Assembly: GCA_046297575.1 (NCBI GenBank)
Contig: JBKBHR010000015.1
Span: forward strand, 2,664-66,663
DNA length: 64,000 bases
Origin: Erythrobacter cryptus
GTDB taxonomy: Bacteria > Pseudomonadota > Alphaproteobacteria > Sphingomonadales > Sphingomonadaceae
Reading direction: 5' to 3'
Shown here: piece after piece, positions 1 through 10,230 of the stretch
How positions within the stretch are numbered: position 1 is the first letter of the stretch
How the letters are laid out: each line of letters starts with the position of its first letter
Notes under the pieces: model-generated
Seen by the model: only the letters and a program-made list of their open reading frames with translations
The model's database searches: none
Told to the model about the DNA's origin: nothing
Translations under genes and position numbers: made by a program

Positions 1-552
1 GGGCGTGATTGCAGGCCCGATCGCGCGCGCGACCTCCTTGGAGCAGATCGCGTGGACGAGGTTGTGATCGAGCCGCACCGCGTGCAGCCCGCTTGCCGGC
101 CCGCGCGAAAGGATGATCGCCGCATCGAGCGTGTCGCCCACGCGGTCCTCGAGATGCGGGGCGGTGTCGATGTCGATGTGCAGCAGCGGGTGGCGCTTGC
201 GCAATTCGCCAAGGCGCGGGAACAGGCGCTGGCTGCCGAACATCGGCAGCACCCCAAGCCTGAGGCGCAGCAGCGAGATATTGTCCGACTGGCTCTCGAT
301 CGCACGGGCGAGCGCTTCCATGTGCGGATTGACCGCCTCGTAGAAGGCCTGGCCCTCGTCGGTCAGCTGCATCGACTGGCGCGCCCGGGTGAAGAGCTTC
401 TTGCCGACGAACTCCTCGAGATTGCTGATCCGCCGCGACAACGCCGAGGGGGAAAGGCCGATCTCCTCGGCCGCGGCCCGGGCGGAGCCGAGGCGGACAG
501 TGCGCATGAAGGCTTCGAGCGCGCGCAGGGGGGGCAAGCGACGGGCGGGCAT
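1..552 (-). CDS. LysR-family transcriptional regulator (GcvA-like), 3' end truncated by window edge
   Basis: Manual translation from ATG at 552: MPARRLPPLRALEAFMRTVRLGSARAAAEEIGLSPSALSRRISNLEEFVGKKLFTR. This is a typical LysR N-terminal HTH. The frame is open to base 1, so it is missing from the ORF track. Confidence 0.9.
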   Translation of the reverse strand, partial: MPARRLPPLRALEAFMRTVRLGSARAAAEEIGLSPSALSRRISNLEEFVGKKLFTRARQSMQLTDEGQAFYEAVNPHMEALARAIESQSDNISLLRLRLGVLPMFGSQRLFPRLGELRKRHPLLHIDIDTAPHLEDRVGDTLDAAIILSRGPASGLHAVRLDHNLVHAICSKEVARAIGPAITP

Positions 553-644
553 GACGGGTCTCCTTATGCGCGCAGATACGCCCGAGACGCCGAAAGGATG
601 CAAAAAAGGAAAGAAAATTTGTGTGGGCAAGCGTTCCGTTGCGC

Positions 645-1574
645 CTACTGCACCTCTGCCGCGCGTGACGGGGGGTGCAGCCGCAGCCGGGTGACGTGGG
701 TTTCATCCCCCGCGGTCACCTCAATGCGCCAGCCGCTCGGATGTTCCAGCACCGTGCCGACCTGCGGCACCGCCTCGGCCAGCACGAAGGCCAGCCCGCC
801 CAGGGTGTCCACCGCCTCCTCGACTTCAGCCAGGCGCGGGTCGATCTGCTCGGCGATGTCGTCAAGCTCGGCGCGGGCATCGCAGTCCCACATGCCCTCG
901 GGCAGCGGCACGATCAGCGGGCGCGGGGCATCGTCGTGCTCGTCCTCGATGTCGCCGACGATCTCCTCGACCAGATCCTCGATGGTGATGAGGCCATCGG
1001 TGCCGGAAAATTCATCGAGCACGATTGCCAGGTGCACCCGCTGGGTGCGCATGTCGGCCAGCACGTCGAGCGCGCCGCGCGTCTGCGGCACGTAGAGCGG
1101 CTGGCGCATCAGCGTGGTCCAGTCCTCGGGCGGGGCAATGCCCTTGGCCAGAAAGGGAAAAACGTCCTTGATGTGGATCATGCCGATGACATTGTCGAGC
1201 GTCTCGCGATAGACCGGCATGCGCGAATGGCCGTGTTCGGCGAAGGCGGCGACGAGCTCGGCCCAGCTGATCGCGGCATCGACCGCGATGATCTCGCCGC
1301 GCGGCACCGCCACGTCGTCGGCATCGTGCTCGGAAAAGTGCAGAAGGTTGCGCAGCATCTGCCGCTCGACCCGTGAGAGATCGCCGCGGCTGCTGCGGGC
1401 GGCATCGGCACCGGGATCGGAGCTGTCCTCCTCGTGCTCGTCGATCGCCTCTTCAAGCTGTTCGCGCAGCGAGCGGGCGCTGTCGAGCCCGAGCAGCCGG
1501 CGCAGCGCGGACATCAGCCCGCTGCTACTGTCCGCCTCTCCCGCCAGGGGTGCGGACGAATGGGAATCGGCCAT
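645..1574 (-). CDS. corC: CBS-domain hemolysin/CorC (Mg2+/Co2+ transporter-associated) protein
   Basis: HSRMPVY, HLAIVLDEFSGTDGLITIEDLVEEIVGDIEDEHD motifs and a C-terminal CorC_HlyC domain; canonical position after ybeY. Confidence 0.9.
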   Translation of the reverse strand: MADSHSSAPLAGEADSSSGLMSALRRLLGLDSARSLREQLEEAIDEHEEDSSDPGADAARSSRGDLSRVERQMLRNLLHFSEHDADDVAVPRGEIIAVDAAISWAELVAAFAEHGHSRMPVYRETLDNVIGMIHIKDVFPFLAKGIAPPEDWTTLMRQPLYVPQTRGALDVLADMRTQRVHLAIVLDEFSGTDGLITIEDLVEEIVGDIEDEHDDAPRPLIVPLPEGMWDCDARAELDDIAEQIDPRLAEVEEAVDTLGGLAFVLAEAVPQVGTVLEHPSGWRIEVTAGDETHVTRLRLHPPSRAAEVQ

Positions 1575-1600
1575 GGCCTTGTGGGGTGCTCCCTGTTGCC

Positions 1601-2080
1601 TCAGTCGTCATATGGGTCAGCGATGCCCAGTTTGGCAAGTATCCGCCGCTCGAGCGCCTCCATCGCCTCGGCCTCCTCGTCCGAGGCCACATGGTCGTGG
1701 CCAGCCAGGTGCAACAGGCCGTGGACGATCAGATGGGCGGCATGATCGGCAAGCGCGATGCCCTTTTCCGCCGCCTCGCGCGCGCAGGTTTCGTGCGCCA
1801 GCGCGATATCGCCGAGCAGCACCGGCGGGCCATCGGGCGCAAGCGCCGCGAGCTCGCCGCGCGCGCGCATCGGGAAGGAGAGCACATTGGTCGGCTTGTC
1901 GCGCCCGCGCCATTCGCGGTTGAGCGCGTGAACCTCGGCGTCCGAGGTGAACAGCAGGCTCGCCGCAAGCCGCGCATTGGCGAGCAGCGGCTCAAGCGCG
2001 GCCGTTGCGGCGGCAGCGCGCAGCGCCAGTTCCTCCCACGCTCCCTCGGGCCAATCCTCGATGTCGATATCGAGTTCCAC
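1601..2080 (-). CDS. ybeY: rRNA maturation endoribonuclease YbeY
   Basis: LNREWRGRDKPTNVLSFP, LGDIAL and HGLLHLAGHDH Zn motif. Start moved to GTG at 2080. Confidence 0.95.
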   Translation of the reverse strand: MELDIDIEDWPEGAWEELALRAAAATAALEPLLANARLAASLLFTSDAEVHALNREWRGRDKPTNVLSFPMRARGELAALAPDGPPVLLGDIALAHETCAREAAEKGIALADHAAHLIVHGLLHLAGHDHVASDEEAEAMEALERRILAKLGIADPYDD

Positions 2081-2099
2081 GCGGTGCGCTCTAGCGGGG

Positions 2100-2483
2100 T
2101 TAGGCGGACCAGGCCAGCGCGGCCGCGGCCAAGACTGCAAACGGCGCGAACATGCGCAACATTGGCGGCGGGATGCGCCGTGCCCAGAACACGGCATAGC
2201 CATTGTGCCAGCGCAACGGTATCATCAGGAGCACGATGGAACTGGCGACAATAAAGCTGCCTGCAATGGCGAAGAATTCGGGAAAGCGCGAGACCTCGGC
2301 GCGCACCACCATCGCTGCCCCGGCGATCAGGCGGGGCACCTGTTCGATGCCGTTGATGCGATAGGTTGTAGCCGTGCGGCTGAGCAGGTCGAGCGCATCG
2401 AGCGGTCGGAAGGCCATGACCCAGCCGGTCCACGCCAGCCACGCCGCAGCGGCGAGCAGCACGAGCCATGCAAGCGTCAGCAT
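2100..2483 (-). CDS. Small multi-pass membrane protein of unknown function
   Basis: 127 aa with about 4 hydrophobic segments; same strand as, and tightly spaced between, phoH and ybeY. Confidence 0.7.
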   Translation of the reverse strand: MLTLAWLVLLAAAAWLAWTGWVMAFRPLDALDLLSRTATTYRINGIEQVPRLIAGAAMVVRAEVSRFPEFFAIAGSFIVASSIVLLMIPLRWHNGYAVFWARRIPPPMLRMFAPFAVLAAAALAWSA

Positions 2484-2495
2484 GCTTGCCTCGCC

Positions 2496-3539
2496 TTATC
2501 CGCCCAGATCCTCGCCCGTCCCCTCATAGGCTTCGACAATCCGGCCCACGATCGGGTGGCGCACCACGTCGGCGGCGGTGAAGCGGATGGTGCCGAAGCC
2601 TTCGACGCCTTCGAGCCGCCGCACCGCATCATTGAGCCCGCTCATCGCCGGGCCGCCGGGGATGTCCACCTGCCTGGGATCGCCGCAGATCACCATGCGG
2701 CTGTTCTGGCCGAAGCGGGTGAGGAACATCTTCATCTGCTCGCGCGTGGTGTTCTGCGCCTCGTCGAGGATGATGAAGCTGTCGGCGAGCGTGCGCCCGC
2801 GCATGAAGGCGATAGGGGCGATCTCGATCTCGCCGCTGTCGATCCGGCGCTGCACCTGTTCGGGCGGCATGCAGTCATTGAGGGCATCATAGAGCGGGCG
2901 CAGATAGGGATCGACCTTGTCCTTCATGTCGCCGGGCAGAAAGCCCAGCTTCTCCCCCGCCTCGACCGCCGGGCGCGAGAGGATCAGCCGCTGCACCGAG
3001 CCGGTGATGAGCTGGCTCACCGCCTGCGCCACCGCGATATAGGTCTTGCCCGTGCCCGCCGGGCCAAGCGCGAAGATGATATCGTCACGCGCGAGCGCAC
3101 GCATGTATGCGATCTGGGTGGCCGAACGCGGCACGATGGTCTTCTTGCGGGTGCGGATCATCACCGCGGGCGCATCGTGCTCGCCCGAGATGATCCCCTC
3201 GAGCGTCGGCTCGGCTGACATCGCGATCAGCGCCTCGATCGCCCCGGCATCGAGCGCCTCGCCGCGCGCGAGCCGGTCATACATCGAATTGAGCGTGTCG
3301 CGCGCGCGGGCGACATCATCCTCGGCGCCTTCGATCATCACCTGGTGCCCGCGGGCGTGGATGAACACCCCGAGGCGGTTTTCCACCTGCACCAGATTGG
3401 CATCGAACTGGCCGAACAACGGCCCGAGCAGCGCCTGGTTCTCGAAGGTGAGATCGGCCCGCGCCCGCCGGCCTGCGGCGCCTGCGCGCGGATCAGACGA
3501 GAGCGCCGGGTTGCCGGCACGGGAGGGTCTGCGGCCCAT
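2496..3539 (-). CDS. phoH: PhoH-family ATPase (YbeZ-like)
   Basis: GPAGTGKT Walker A, RPAVEAGEKLGFLPG, FMRGRTL, ILDEAQN motifs. Confidence 0.95.
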   Translation of the reverse strand: MGRRPSRAGNPALSSDPRAGAAGRRARADLTFENQALLGPLFGQFDANLVQVENRLGVFIHARGHQVMIEGAEDDVARARDTLNSMYDRLARGEALDAGAIEALIAMSAEPTLEGIISGEHDAPAVMIRTRKKTIVPRSATQIAYMRALARDDIIFALGPAGTGKTYIAVAQAVSQLITGSVQRLILSRPAVEAGEKLGFLPGDMKDKVDPYLRPLYDALNDCMPPEQVQRRIDSGEIEIAPIAFMRGRTLADSFIILDEAQNTTREQMKMFLTRFGQNSRMVICGDPRQVDIPGGPAMSGLNDAVRRLEGVEGFGTIRFTAADVVRHPIVGRIVEAYEGTGEDLGG

Positions 3540-3647
3540 AGGTTCCTTCGGCTGAGGCCGGGGGCGATCCCCGGCCCACGATTCGCAAGCCTAGGCGCGC
3601 ATCGGGCCAAAGCAAGCGCCGCGCGCCCACGCGGCGGTGGAAAGTCA

Positions 3648-4991
3648 TCACACGGCAACCGCGGCGCGCACCCGCCCCGAAAGCGAATTGGGCCCGGCTG
3701 CAGCCAGTTCCACCTCGACGAGATCGCCGATCGCGTGATCGCCCGCGAAGTGCACCGATTGCAGCCAGGGCGATTTGCCGAGCCACTGGCCGCGGTGGCG
3801 CCCGCGGCGTTCGACCAGCACCGTGCAGGTCTTGCCGAGGCTCGCCTCGTTGAAGGCGAGCTGGTGCGCGGCGATGCGGGCCTGCAGCCGCTGGAGCCGC
3901 TCATCCATCACTTCCGCGGCGATCTGGCCCTCCATGGTCGCGGCAGGGGTGCCGGGCCGGGGTGAGAACTTGAAGCTGAAGCAGGCGGCATAGCGCACCT
4001 CGTCCACCAGCTTCAGCGTGTCGGCAAACTCGGCCTCGCTCTCGCCCGGAAAGCCGACGATGAAATCGCCCGAAAGCGCGATATCGGGGCGCGCGGCGCG
4101 CACCTTCTCGATGATCTTCAGATAGCTCTCGGCGCTGTGCTGGCGGTTCATCGCCTTGAGCACGCGGTCATTGCCGCTCTGCACCGGCAGGTGGAGATAG
4201 GGCATGAGCTTGTCCACCTCGCCATGCGCGGCGATGAGGTCATCATCCATGTCCTTGGGGTGGCTGGTGGTGTAGCGGATGCGCGCGAGGCCATCGATCG
4301 CGGCCAGCCGGCGGATGAGGCCGCCAAGCCCGATGCGCCGGCCCCGCTCATCCTCCCCCGCCCAGGCGTTGACGTTCTGGCCGAGCAGGGTGATCTCCTT
4401 GGCGCCCTGCTCCACCAGCCGGTGCGCTTCGGCGATGAGATCATTGAAAGGCCGCGAGATCTCCGCCCCGCGGGTATAGGGCACCACGCAATAGGTGCAG
4501 AACTTGTCGCAGCCCTCCTGCACGGTGAGGAAGGCGCTGGGGCCGCGCTTCGCCCGCTGCGGGAGCGCATCGAACTTGGCGATCGCGGGCATGTCGGTAT
4601 CGGTCGCGCGCCGGCCGCGCGTCGCTTGCGCGATCATCGCGGGCAGGCGGTGATAGGCCTGGGGGCCGACCACGATGCTCACCGCCGGGGCGCGCGCCAT
4701 GATCTCCTCGCCCTCGGCCTGGGCGACGCAGCCGGCGACCGCGATCAGCGGCGCCTTGCCCCTCTCCCTGCCCGCCGCGACCAGCCGGCCGATATCGGAA
4801 TAGACCTTCTCGGCCGCCTTCTCACGGATGTGGCAGGTGTTGAGGATGACAAGATCGGCCTCCTCGCCCTCCGCCGCCGGGGTGATGCCCTGCTCGGCCA
4901 GAAGCTCGCCCATGCGCTCGCCGTCATAGACGTTCATCTGGCAGCCGAAGCTCTTGACCCTGTAGGTCCGGGGGGCAGGGGTGGGTTTCAT
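3648..4991 (-). CDS. miaB: tRNA-2-methylthio-N6-dimethylallyladenosine synthase (radical SAM)
   Basis: [24 protein letters not shown] radical-SAM motif, C-terminal TRAM domain. Start at ATG 4991. Confidence 0.96.
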   Translation of the reverse strand: MKPTPAPRTYRVKSFGCQMNVYDGERMGELLAEQGITPAAEGEEADLVILNTCHIREKAAEKVYSDIGRLVAAGRERGKAPLIAVAGCVAQAEGEEIMARAPAVSIVVGPQAYHRLPAMIAQATRGRRATDTDMPAIAKFDALPQRAKRGPSAFLTVQEGCDKFCTYCVVPYTRGAEISRPFNDLIAEAHRLVEQGAKEITLLGQNVNAWAGEDERGRRIGLGGLIRRLAAIDGLARIRYTTSHPKDMDDDLIAAHGEVDKLMPYLHLPVQSGNDRVLKAMNRQHSAESYLKIIEKVRAARPDIALSGDFIVGFPGESEAEFADTLKLVDEVRYAACFSFKFSPRPGTPAATMEGQIAAEVMDERLQRLQARIAAHQLAFNEASLGKTCTVLVERRGRHRGQWLGKSPWLQSVHFAGDHAIGDLVEVELAAAGPNSLSGRVRAAVAV

Positions 4992-5105
4992 GATCGGCGC
5001 GCTCTTAGCCGCAGGGCGCCGCGCGCACAACCGCGACGCGCCCTCGGGCACATGCCGCGCTGCCCCGCCCTGCCCGCCTGGCCCCGAGACGCGGGGCGCA
5101 GCCGC

Positions 5106-5567
5106 TCAGGCGACGGTCGCCCTTACGATCTTCCCCGGCGCGCGCGGCGGCTCGCCCCGCGGCAGGGCATCGACATGCTCCATCCCGCTTTGGACCTCGC
5201 CCCACACGGTATATTGCCCGTCGAGGAAGGTGGCCTCGTCAAAGCAGATGAAGAACTGCGAATTGGCCGAATGCGGATAGCTGGTGCGCGCCATCGAACA
5301 GGTGCCGCGCTTATGCGGGGCATCGCTGAATTCGGCCCTGAGATCGGGCTTGTCGCTGCCGCCCATTCCGGTGCCGGTGGGATCGCCCCCTTGCGCCATG
5401 AAGCCATCGATCACGCGGTGGAAGATCACCCCGTCGTAAAACCCCTCGCGCGCCAGCTCGGTGATGCGCGCGACATGGCCGGGGGCCAGATCGGGGCGCA
5501 GGCGGATCACCACGTCCTTGGGCACGCCATCGCCAGTATCGAGCGTGAAGGTGAGGGTTTCGGCCAT
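5106..5567 (-). CDS. Cyclophilin-type peptidyl-prolyl cis-trans isomerase
   Basis: FYDGVIFHRVIDGFMAQGGDPTGTG, SANSQFFI motifs. Start at ATG 5567. Confidence 0.95.
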   Translation of the reverse strand: MAETLTFTLDTGDGVPKDVVIRLRPDLAPGHVARITELAREGFYDGVIFHRVIDGFMAQGGDPTGTGMGGSDKPDLRAEFSDAPHKRGTCSMARTSYPHSANSQFFICFDEATFLDGQYTVWGEVQSGMEHVDALPRGEPPRAPGKIVRATVA

Positions 5568-5671
5568 GGCTGCGGTCTCCTTGTGGTGCTGGGCGCGGCT
5601 TTTAGCAGGCAATCGCGCGCTGTCACCCTCCCGCGCTTGCTTTTCGCGCCTCCCCCCGTAAACGCCTCGCC

Positions 5672-7120
5672 ATGGCCGTGGAGCACATCATCGACGAGCC
5701 GGCAGGCATCGCCGATCCGGGCGAGATTGCCGTGCGCCCGGATGACCGGGTCGATGACGAGCGGCTCGACAGCGAGAACCGGCTGAAGGCCGATTACGTC
5801 GCGTCCGTGCGCGCCGCGCTCGAGGCGGGCGACAAGGGCGCGGTCTATGACCTCGTCGAGCCGCTCCACGCCGCCGACATTGCCGACCTCATCGAACTGC
5901 TCGAGCGCTCCGAACGGGCCGAGCTCGCCCGCGCGATCAGCGACCTGATGACGAGCGAGGTGATCGCCGAGCTCAACGATTACGTGCGCGAGGATCTGAT
6001 CGAGGCCCTGCCGCCCGAGGCGGTCGCCACCATTGCCGAACAGCTCGACACCGATGATGCGGTGCAGCTGATCGAGGACCTCGACGCGGCCGATCAGGCC
6101 GCGGTGATCGCCGAACTCGAGCCTGAAACCCGCGCCGCGGTGGCGAGCGCGCTCGCCTATCCCGAGGAGACCGCCGGGCGGCTGATGAGCCGCCACTTCG
6201 TCGCCGTGCCCGAGCACATGAGCGTGGGCGATCTCATCGATTACCTGCGCGAACAGGGCGATATCGAGCACGATTTCTACGAGGTCTTCGTGGTGGACGA
6301 AGGCTTCCACCCGGTCGGCACCTGCGCGCTCTCGTGGATCCTCACCACCCCGCGCAACGTCCGCCTCACCGATGTGATGAAGCGCGACCAGACCCTGATC
6401 CCGGTCACCATGGATCAGGAGGAGGTGGCGCTGATGTTCCAGAAATACGCGCTGATCTCGGCCGCGGTGGTGGACGAGAACGGGCGGCTGGTGGGGCAGA
6501 TGACGGTGGACGATATCGTCCACATCATCTCCGAGGAGGCCGGCGAGGACGCGCTGCTGCTCTCGGGCGCGGGCGATGGCGACATCAACGAGCCGATCAC
6601 CGACAGCTACAAGGCCCGGGTGCGCTGGCTGCTGGCCAACCTGCTCACCGCCTCGGTCGCCTCCTCGGTGATCGCCCAGTTCGAAGAGGTGATCGCCACC
6701 ATGGTCGCGCTCGCCACGCTGATGCCGATCGTCGCCGGGATCGGCGGCAATGCCGGCACCCAGACCCTGGCGGTGACGGTGCGCGCGCTCGCCACCAACC
6801 AGCTCACCGATGCCAACACCTTCCGGGCGATCCGGCGCGAGCTGTCGATCGCCGCGCTCAACGGCAGCACCGTGGCGCTGGTGATCGGCACCATCGTCGC
6901 CCTCCTGTTCAGCAACCCGCTGCTGGGCGCGGTGATCGGCGCGGCGATGCTGTGCAACATCATGATCGCCGGCTTTGCCGGGGTGCTGGTGCCGCTCACC
7001 ATCCAGAAGCTCAAGGGCGACCCGGCGATCGCCTCCTCGATCTTCGTCACCATGACGACCGATTCGATGGGCTTTCTGGTCTTCCTCAGTTTGGCAGTGG
7101 TCAGCGGGCTGGTCGGCTGA
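5672..7120 (+). CDS. mgtE: Magnesium transporter MgtE
   Basis: Acidic N-domain, YPEETAGRLM CBS pair, GGNAGTQ and TTDSMG transmembrane motifs. Confidence 0.95.
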   Translation: MAVEHIIDEPAGIADPGEIAVRPDDRVDDERLDSENRLKADYVASVRAALEAGDKGAVYDLVEPLHAADIADLIELLERSERAELARAISDLMTSEVIAELNDYVREDLIEALPPEAVATIAEQLDTDDAVQLIEDLDAADQAAVIAELEPETRAAVASALAYPEETAGRLMSRHFVAVPEHMSVGDLIDYLREQGDIEHDFYEVFVVDEGFHPVGTCALSWILTTPRNVRLTDVMKRDQTLIPVTMDQEEVALMFQKYALISAAVVDENGRLVGQMTVDDIVHIISEEAGEDALLLSGAGDGDINEPITDSYKARVRWLLANLLTASVASSVIAQFEEVIATMVALATLMPIVAGIGGNAGTQTLAVTVRALATNQLTDANTFRAIRRELSIAALNGSTVALVIGTIVALLFSNPLLGAVIGAAMLCNIMIAGFAGVLVPLTIQKLKGDPAIASSIFVTMTTDSMGFLVFLSLAVVSGLVG

Positions 7121-7157
7121 TAGCCCTCTTTCCCCAAGGAGACGAGGGGAGAGCAGG

Positions 7158-7931
7158 ATGGCAGGGCGCGTGGCCGGCAAGGTGGTGCTGCTGACCGGCG
7201 GGGCGATGGGCCTCGGGAAAGCTGCGGCACGGGCGCTGATCGCCGAGGGCGCGCGCGTCATCATCACCGACATCAATGCCGAGGCCGGCGCGGCGAGCGC
7301 GGCGGCGCTGGGCTGCGACTTCCTCCACCAGGACGTGACCGATTGGCCGCGCTGGCACGAGGTGATCGCCGAGGTCGAGGCGCGCCACGGGCGGCTCGAC
7401 GTGCTCGTCAACAATGCCGCGATCACCGTCTATGGCTCGGTGATGGACATAACGCCGGAAGATTTCCGCCGCTGCTTTCACGTCGATGTCGATTCGATCT
7501 TCATGGGCTGCAAGGCGGCGATCCCGCTGATGGCGCGCCACAAGGACTGGGGGGGCGTGGGCGGCTCGATCATCAATTTCTCCTCCGCCGCGGGCAACAA
7601 GCCCTCCCCCGATCTGGCCGCCTACAATTCGGCCAAGGCCGCCGTGGCGATGCTCACCAAGTCGATCGCGCTCTATTGCGCGCGCGAGAAGAACGGCATC
7701 AGGGTCAATTGCATCCAGCCCGGCACCATCCTCACCCCCAATGTCGAAAGCGTGATCGCCGGCACGCCCGACCCGGAAGCGACCCGCGCGGCCTTCAGCA
7801 TCGCCCAGCCGATCGGGCGGATGGGCGAGGTCGAGGACATTGCCCATCTCGTTGTCTATCTTGCGAGCGATGAAAGCAGGTTCGCCACCGGCGCGCCCTT
7901 CATCGTCGATGGGGGCCTGTCGATCGCATGA
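7158..7931 (+). CDS. Short-chain dehydrogenase/reductase (3beta/17beta-HSD / LinX-like)
   Basis: TGGAMGLG nucleotide-binding motif, NNAA, YNSAK catalytic YxxxK; SD GGGAGAG upstream. Confidence 0.92.
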   Translation: MAGRVAGKVVLLTGGAMGLGKAAARALIAEGARVIITDINAEAGAASAAALGCDFLHQDVTDWPRWHEVIAEVEARHGRLDVLVNNAAITVYGSVMDITPEDFRRCFHVDVDSIFMGCKAAIPLMARHKDWGGVGGSIINFSSAAGNKPSPDLAAYNSAKAAVAMLTKSIALYCAREKNGIRVNCIQPGTILTPNVESVIAGTPDPEATRAAFSIAQPIGRMGEVEDIAHLVVYLASDESRFATGAPFIVDGGLSIA

Positions 7932-8434
7932 GCGCAAGGGCCGATGATCGCTTTGCCCTTGCCGATCTTGCCGCGCTCTACATGCGCGCGCTCGACCGGC
8001 TGGACGAGGCGCTGCTCGCAGCCCAGTTCTGGAGCGATGCGCGCTGCGAATATGGCATATTTTCCGGCGGCCCCAAGGATTTTGCCGCCTTCTGCATGGC
8101 CGCGCTCAAGGATCATGCGCGCAACCATCACCTCATCGGCCAGCACCTTCTCGAGTTTGCGGGGGAGGATGAGGCCTTTGGCGAGGTCTATTACCAGGCC
8201 TGGCACCGCACCTTCGATAGGCAAGGGGCGCCGCGCGATCTGTTCATCGCCGGGCGCTATCTCGATCGCTACGAGCGGCGCGGCGGCATCTGGAAGATCG
8301 CCTGGCGCACCGAACTGGTCGATTGGCTGCGCGACGATCCGGCAAGCGATGCCATGCTCGAGAGCGCGCCCTTCCTCATCGGGCAGCGCAAGCCCGATGA
8401 CCGTCTCTACCAGCGCGAGGCGATGCGCCCGTGA
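7928..8434 (+). CDS. SnoaL/NTF2-like protein (LinA/BaiE-like family)
   Basis: Y..ALDRLD...F..D, HHLIG.H, GRYLDRYERRGGIWKI pattern; ATGA overlap with the SDR gene. Confidence 0.8.
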   Translation: MSARADDRFALADLAALYMRALDRLDEALLAAQFWSDARCEYGIFSGGPKDFAAFCMAALKDHARNHHLIGQHLLEFAGEDEAFGEVYYQAWHRTFDRQGAPRDLFIAGRYLDRYERRGGIWKIAWRTELVDWLRDDPASDAMLESAPFLIGQRKPDDRLYQREAMRP

Positions 8435-9804
8435 GCACGCCCGATCCGGCCGCGCCGCACGCGCCCGCGCTGCCCCCGGGCGCAGCGCGCTGCCCCGGCC
8501 CCTCCTATCAGGACATTCTTGCCACCGATGGCGATAATCCCCCGCCGCCGCTGCGCGAAGAGCGCTATGCCTTCCTCGGCGATGGGGACATTCCCTTTGC
8601 CCGCTACCACGATCCGGCCTTTTACGAGGCGGAGATGGAGCGGCTGTGGCCCAATGTCTGGCAATGGGCCTGCCGCGAGGAGCACATCCCTGCGCCGGGT
8701 GATCGCCATGTCTATGATATCGGGCGCCATTCGGTGCTGGTGGTGCGGGGGGAGGACAGCCGCATCCGCGCCTTCATCAATTCCTGCCCGCACCGGGGGA
8801 TGAAGTTTGCCCGCGAGGGCAGCCGCGGCGGCGTGCGCAGGGCGATCCGCTGCCCCTTCCACGGGATGAGCTGGAACCTCGATGGCTCCTTGCGCGAAAT
8901 GCCGTGCCGCTGGGACTTTCCCCATGTGCGCGAGGCCGATTTCGGGCTGGACGAGATCGCCTGCGAGACCTGGGGCGGTTTCGTCTTCATCCACATGGGG
9001 GCAGCGCCGCCCCCGCTGGCCGAGCAGCTCGAGGTGATCCCCGATCATTTCCGCCACTGGCCGATGGATGATCGCTATGTTGCGCTCCACACCGAAAAGG
9101 TGCTGCCCGCCAATTGGAAGATGGCGATGGAGGCCTTCCTCGAGGCCTGGCACGTGCTCGCCACCCATCCGCAGGCGCTTTACACCGCCGCCGATGCCAA
9201 TGCCCAGTATGACATCTTCGGCCCCCATGTCTCGCGCTTCATCCACGCGATCGGGGTGCCCAGCCCCCACCTGCCGCGCCCGGTGCGCGAGGAGGTGGTG
9301 TTCGCCCGGCTCGGGCGCGATCCGGCGGCGCTGCCCCCCGGCACCAGCGCCCGGGCCGAACATGCCCGGCTGCTGCGCGCCGAGCTGGGCGCGGCCTTCG
9401 GCATCGAACTGTCGCGCGTCTCGACGGCGGAAATGCTCGATTCGATCGAATATTTCCTCTTTCCCAACGCCTTCTTCTTCCCCGGCATCAATATCCGCCT
9501 GTGCTATCGCTTCCGCCCGCTGGGGGTGGAGGAGACCTTGCACGAGATCCTGCTGCTCCAGCCTCTGCCGGCAGGCGGCGCGCGCCCTGCCCCGGCCACC
9601 CCGATCCGCCTCGGGGTGGAGGACAGCTACACCACCATCCCCGGCTTTGCCCTCGCCGAGATCCTCGATCAGGACACCGAGAACCTGCTGCTCCAGCGCG
9701 AGGGCGCCCGGGCCTCGCGCAAGGCGGGGCAGACGCTGGGGAACTACCAGGAAGCACGCATCCGCCAGCTGCACCTGACGCTCGACAAATACCTCGCCGG
9801 TTGA
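8431..9804 (+). CDS. Rieske non-heme iron oxygenase, alpha subunit
   Basis: Rieske ligands CPHRG...CPFHG; NWK..MEAFLEAWHVLATH and a later D (DQD) for mononuclear Fe; GTGA overlap with the upstream gene. Confidence 0.92.
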   Translation: MSTPDPAAPHAPALPPGAARCPGPSYQDILATDGDNPPPPLREERYAFLGDGDIPFARYHDPAFYEAEMERLWPNVWQWACREEHIPAPGDRHVYDIGRHSVLVVRGEDSRIRAFINSCPHRGMKFAREGSRGGVRRAIRCPFHGMSWNLDGSLREMPCRWDFPHVREADFGLDEIACETWGGFVFIHMGAAPPPLAEQLEVIPDHFRHWPMDDRYVALHTEKVLPANWKMAMEAFLEAWHVLATHPQALYTAADANAQYDIFGPHVSRFIHAIGVPSPHLPRPVREEVVFARLGRDPAALPPGTSARAEHARLLRAELGAAFGIELSRVSTAEMLDSIEYFLFPNAFFFPGINIRLCYRFRPLGVEETLHEILLLQPLPAGGARPAPATPIRLGVEDSYTTIPGFALAEILDQDTENLLLQREGARASRKAGQTLGNYQEARIRQLHLTLDKYLAG

Positions 9805-9837
9805 CTTGGCCGCGCGGCCGGGCATGAACCTCGCCCC

Positions 9838-10230
9838 ATGCCTCTCCATCTCACCAAGATCGCCTATGGCGCCAGGAGCTATGCCGAGCTTGAAGGCTGG
9901 TATCAGGGCCGGCGCGAGGTGCGCCTCACCACCCGCAACCGCCCGACGCGCCATGCCGAGTGCATCGGCGGCTCGCTCTACTGGATCGTCAACCACACGC
10001 TGGTGGCGCGCTCGCCAATCCTCGGCTTTTCCGAGACCGCCGATGGCCGCTGGGACATTTGCCTTGCGCCGCGGCTGATCCGCGTCCACCCCCGGCCCAA
10101 GCGCGCGCACCAGGGCTGGCGCTATCTCGCCGCGGCCGATGCCCCGCGCGATCTCACCGAGGGCGAGGCACCGGGCGATGCCCTGCCCGGGCACCTTGCC
10201 ATGAAGCTGGAAAAGCTCGGGCTTATGTAA
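9838..10230 (+). CDS. DUF1489-family protein
   Basis: MPLHLTKIAYG, GGSLYWIV, FQGWRY-like AHQGWRYL motif. Confidence 0.75.
   Translation: MPLHLTKIAYGARSYAELEGWYQGRREVRLTTRNRPTRHAECIGGSLYWIVNHTLVARSPILGFSETADGRWDICLAPRLIRVHPRPKRAHQGWRYLAAADAPRDLTEGEAPGDALPGHLAMKLEKLGLM

Noticed and set aside
553-644. A-rich gap considered as oriC or an sRNA
   Set aside because: No DnaA boxes seen; it is best explained as the LysR promoter/autoregulatory region.
52-1095. 347-aa plus-strand ORF at the window start
   Set aside because: It is antisense to the LysR regulator and corC, which have clear motifs.
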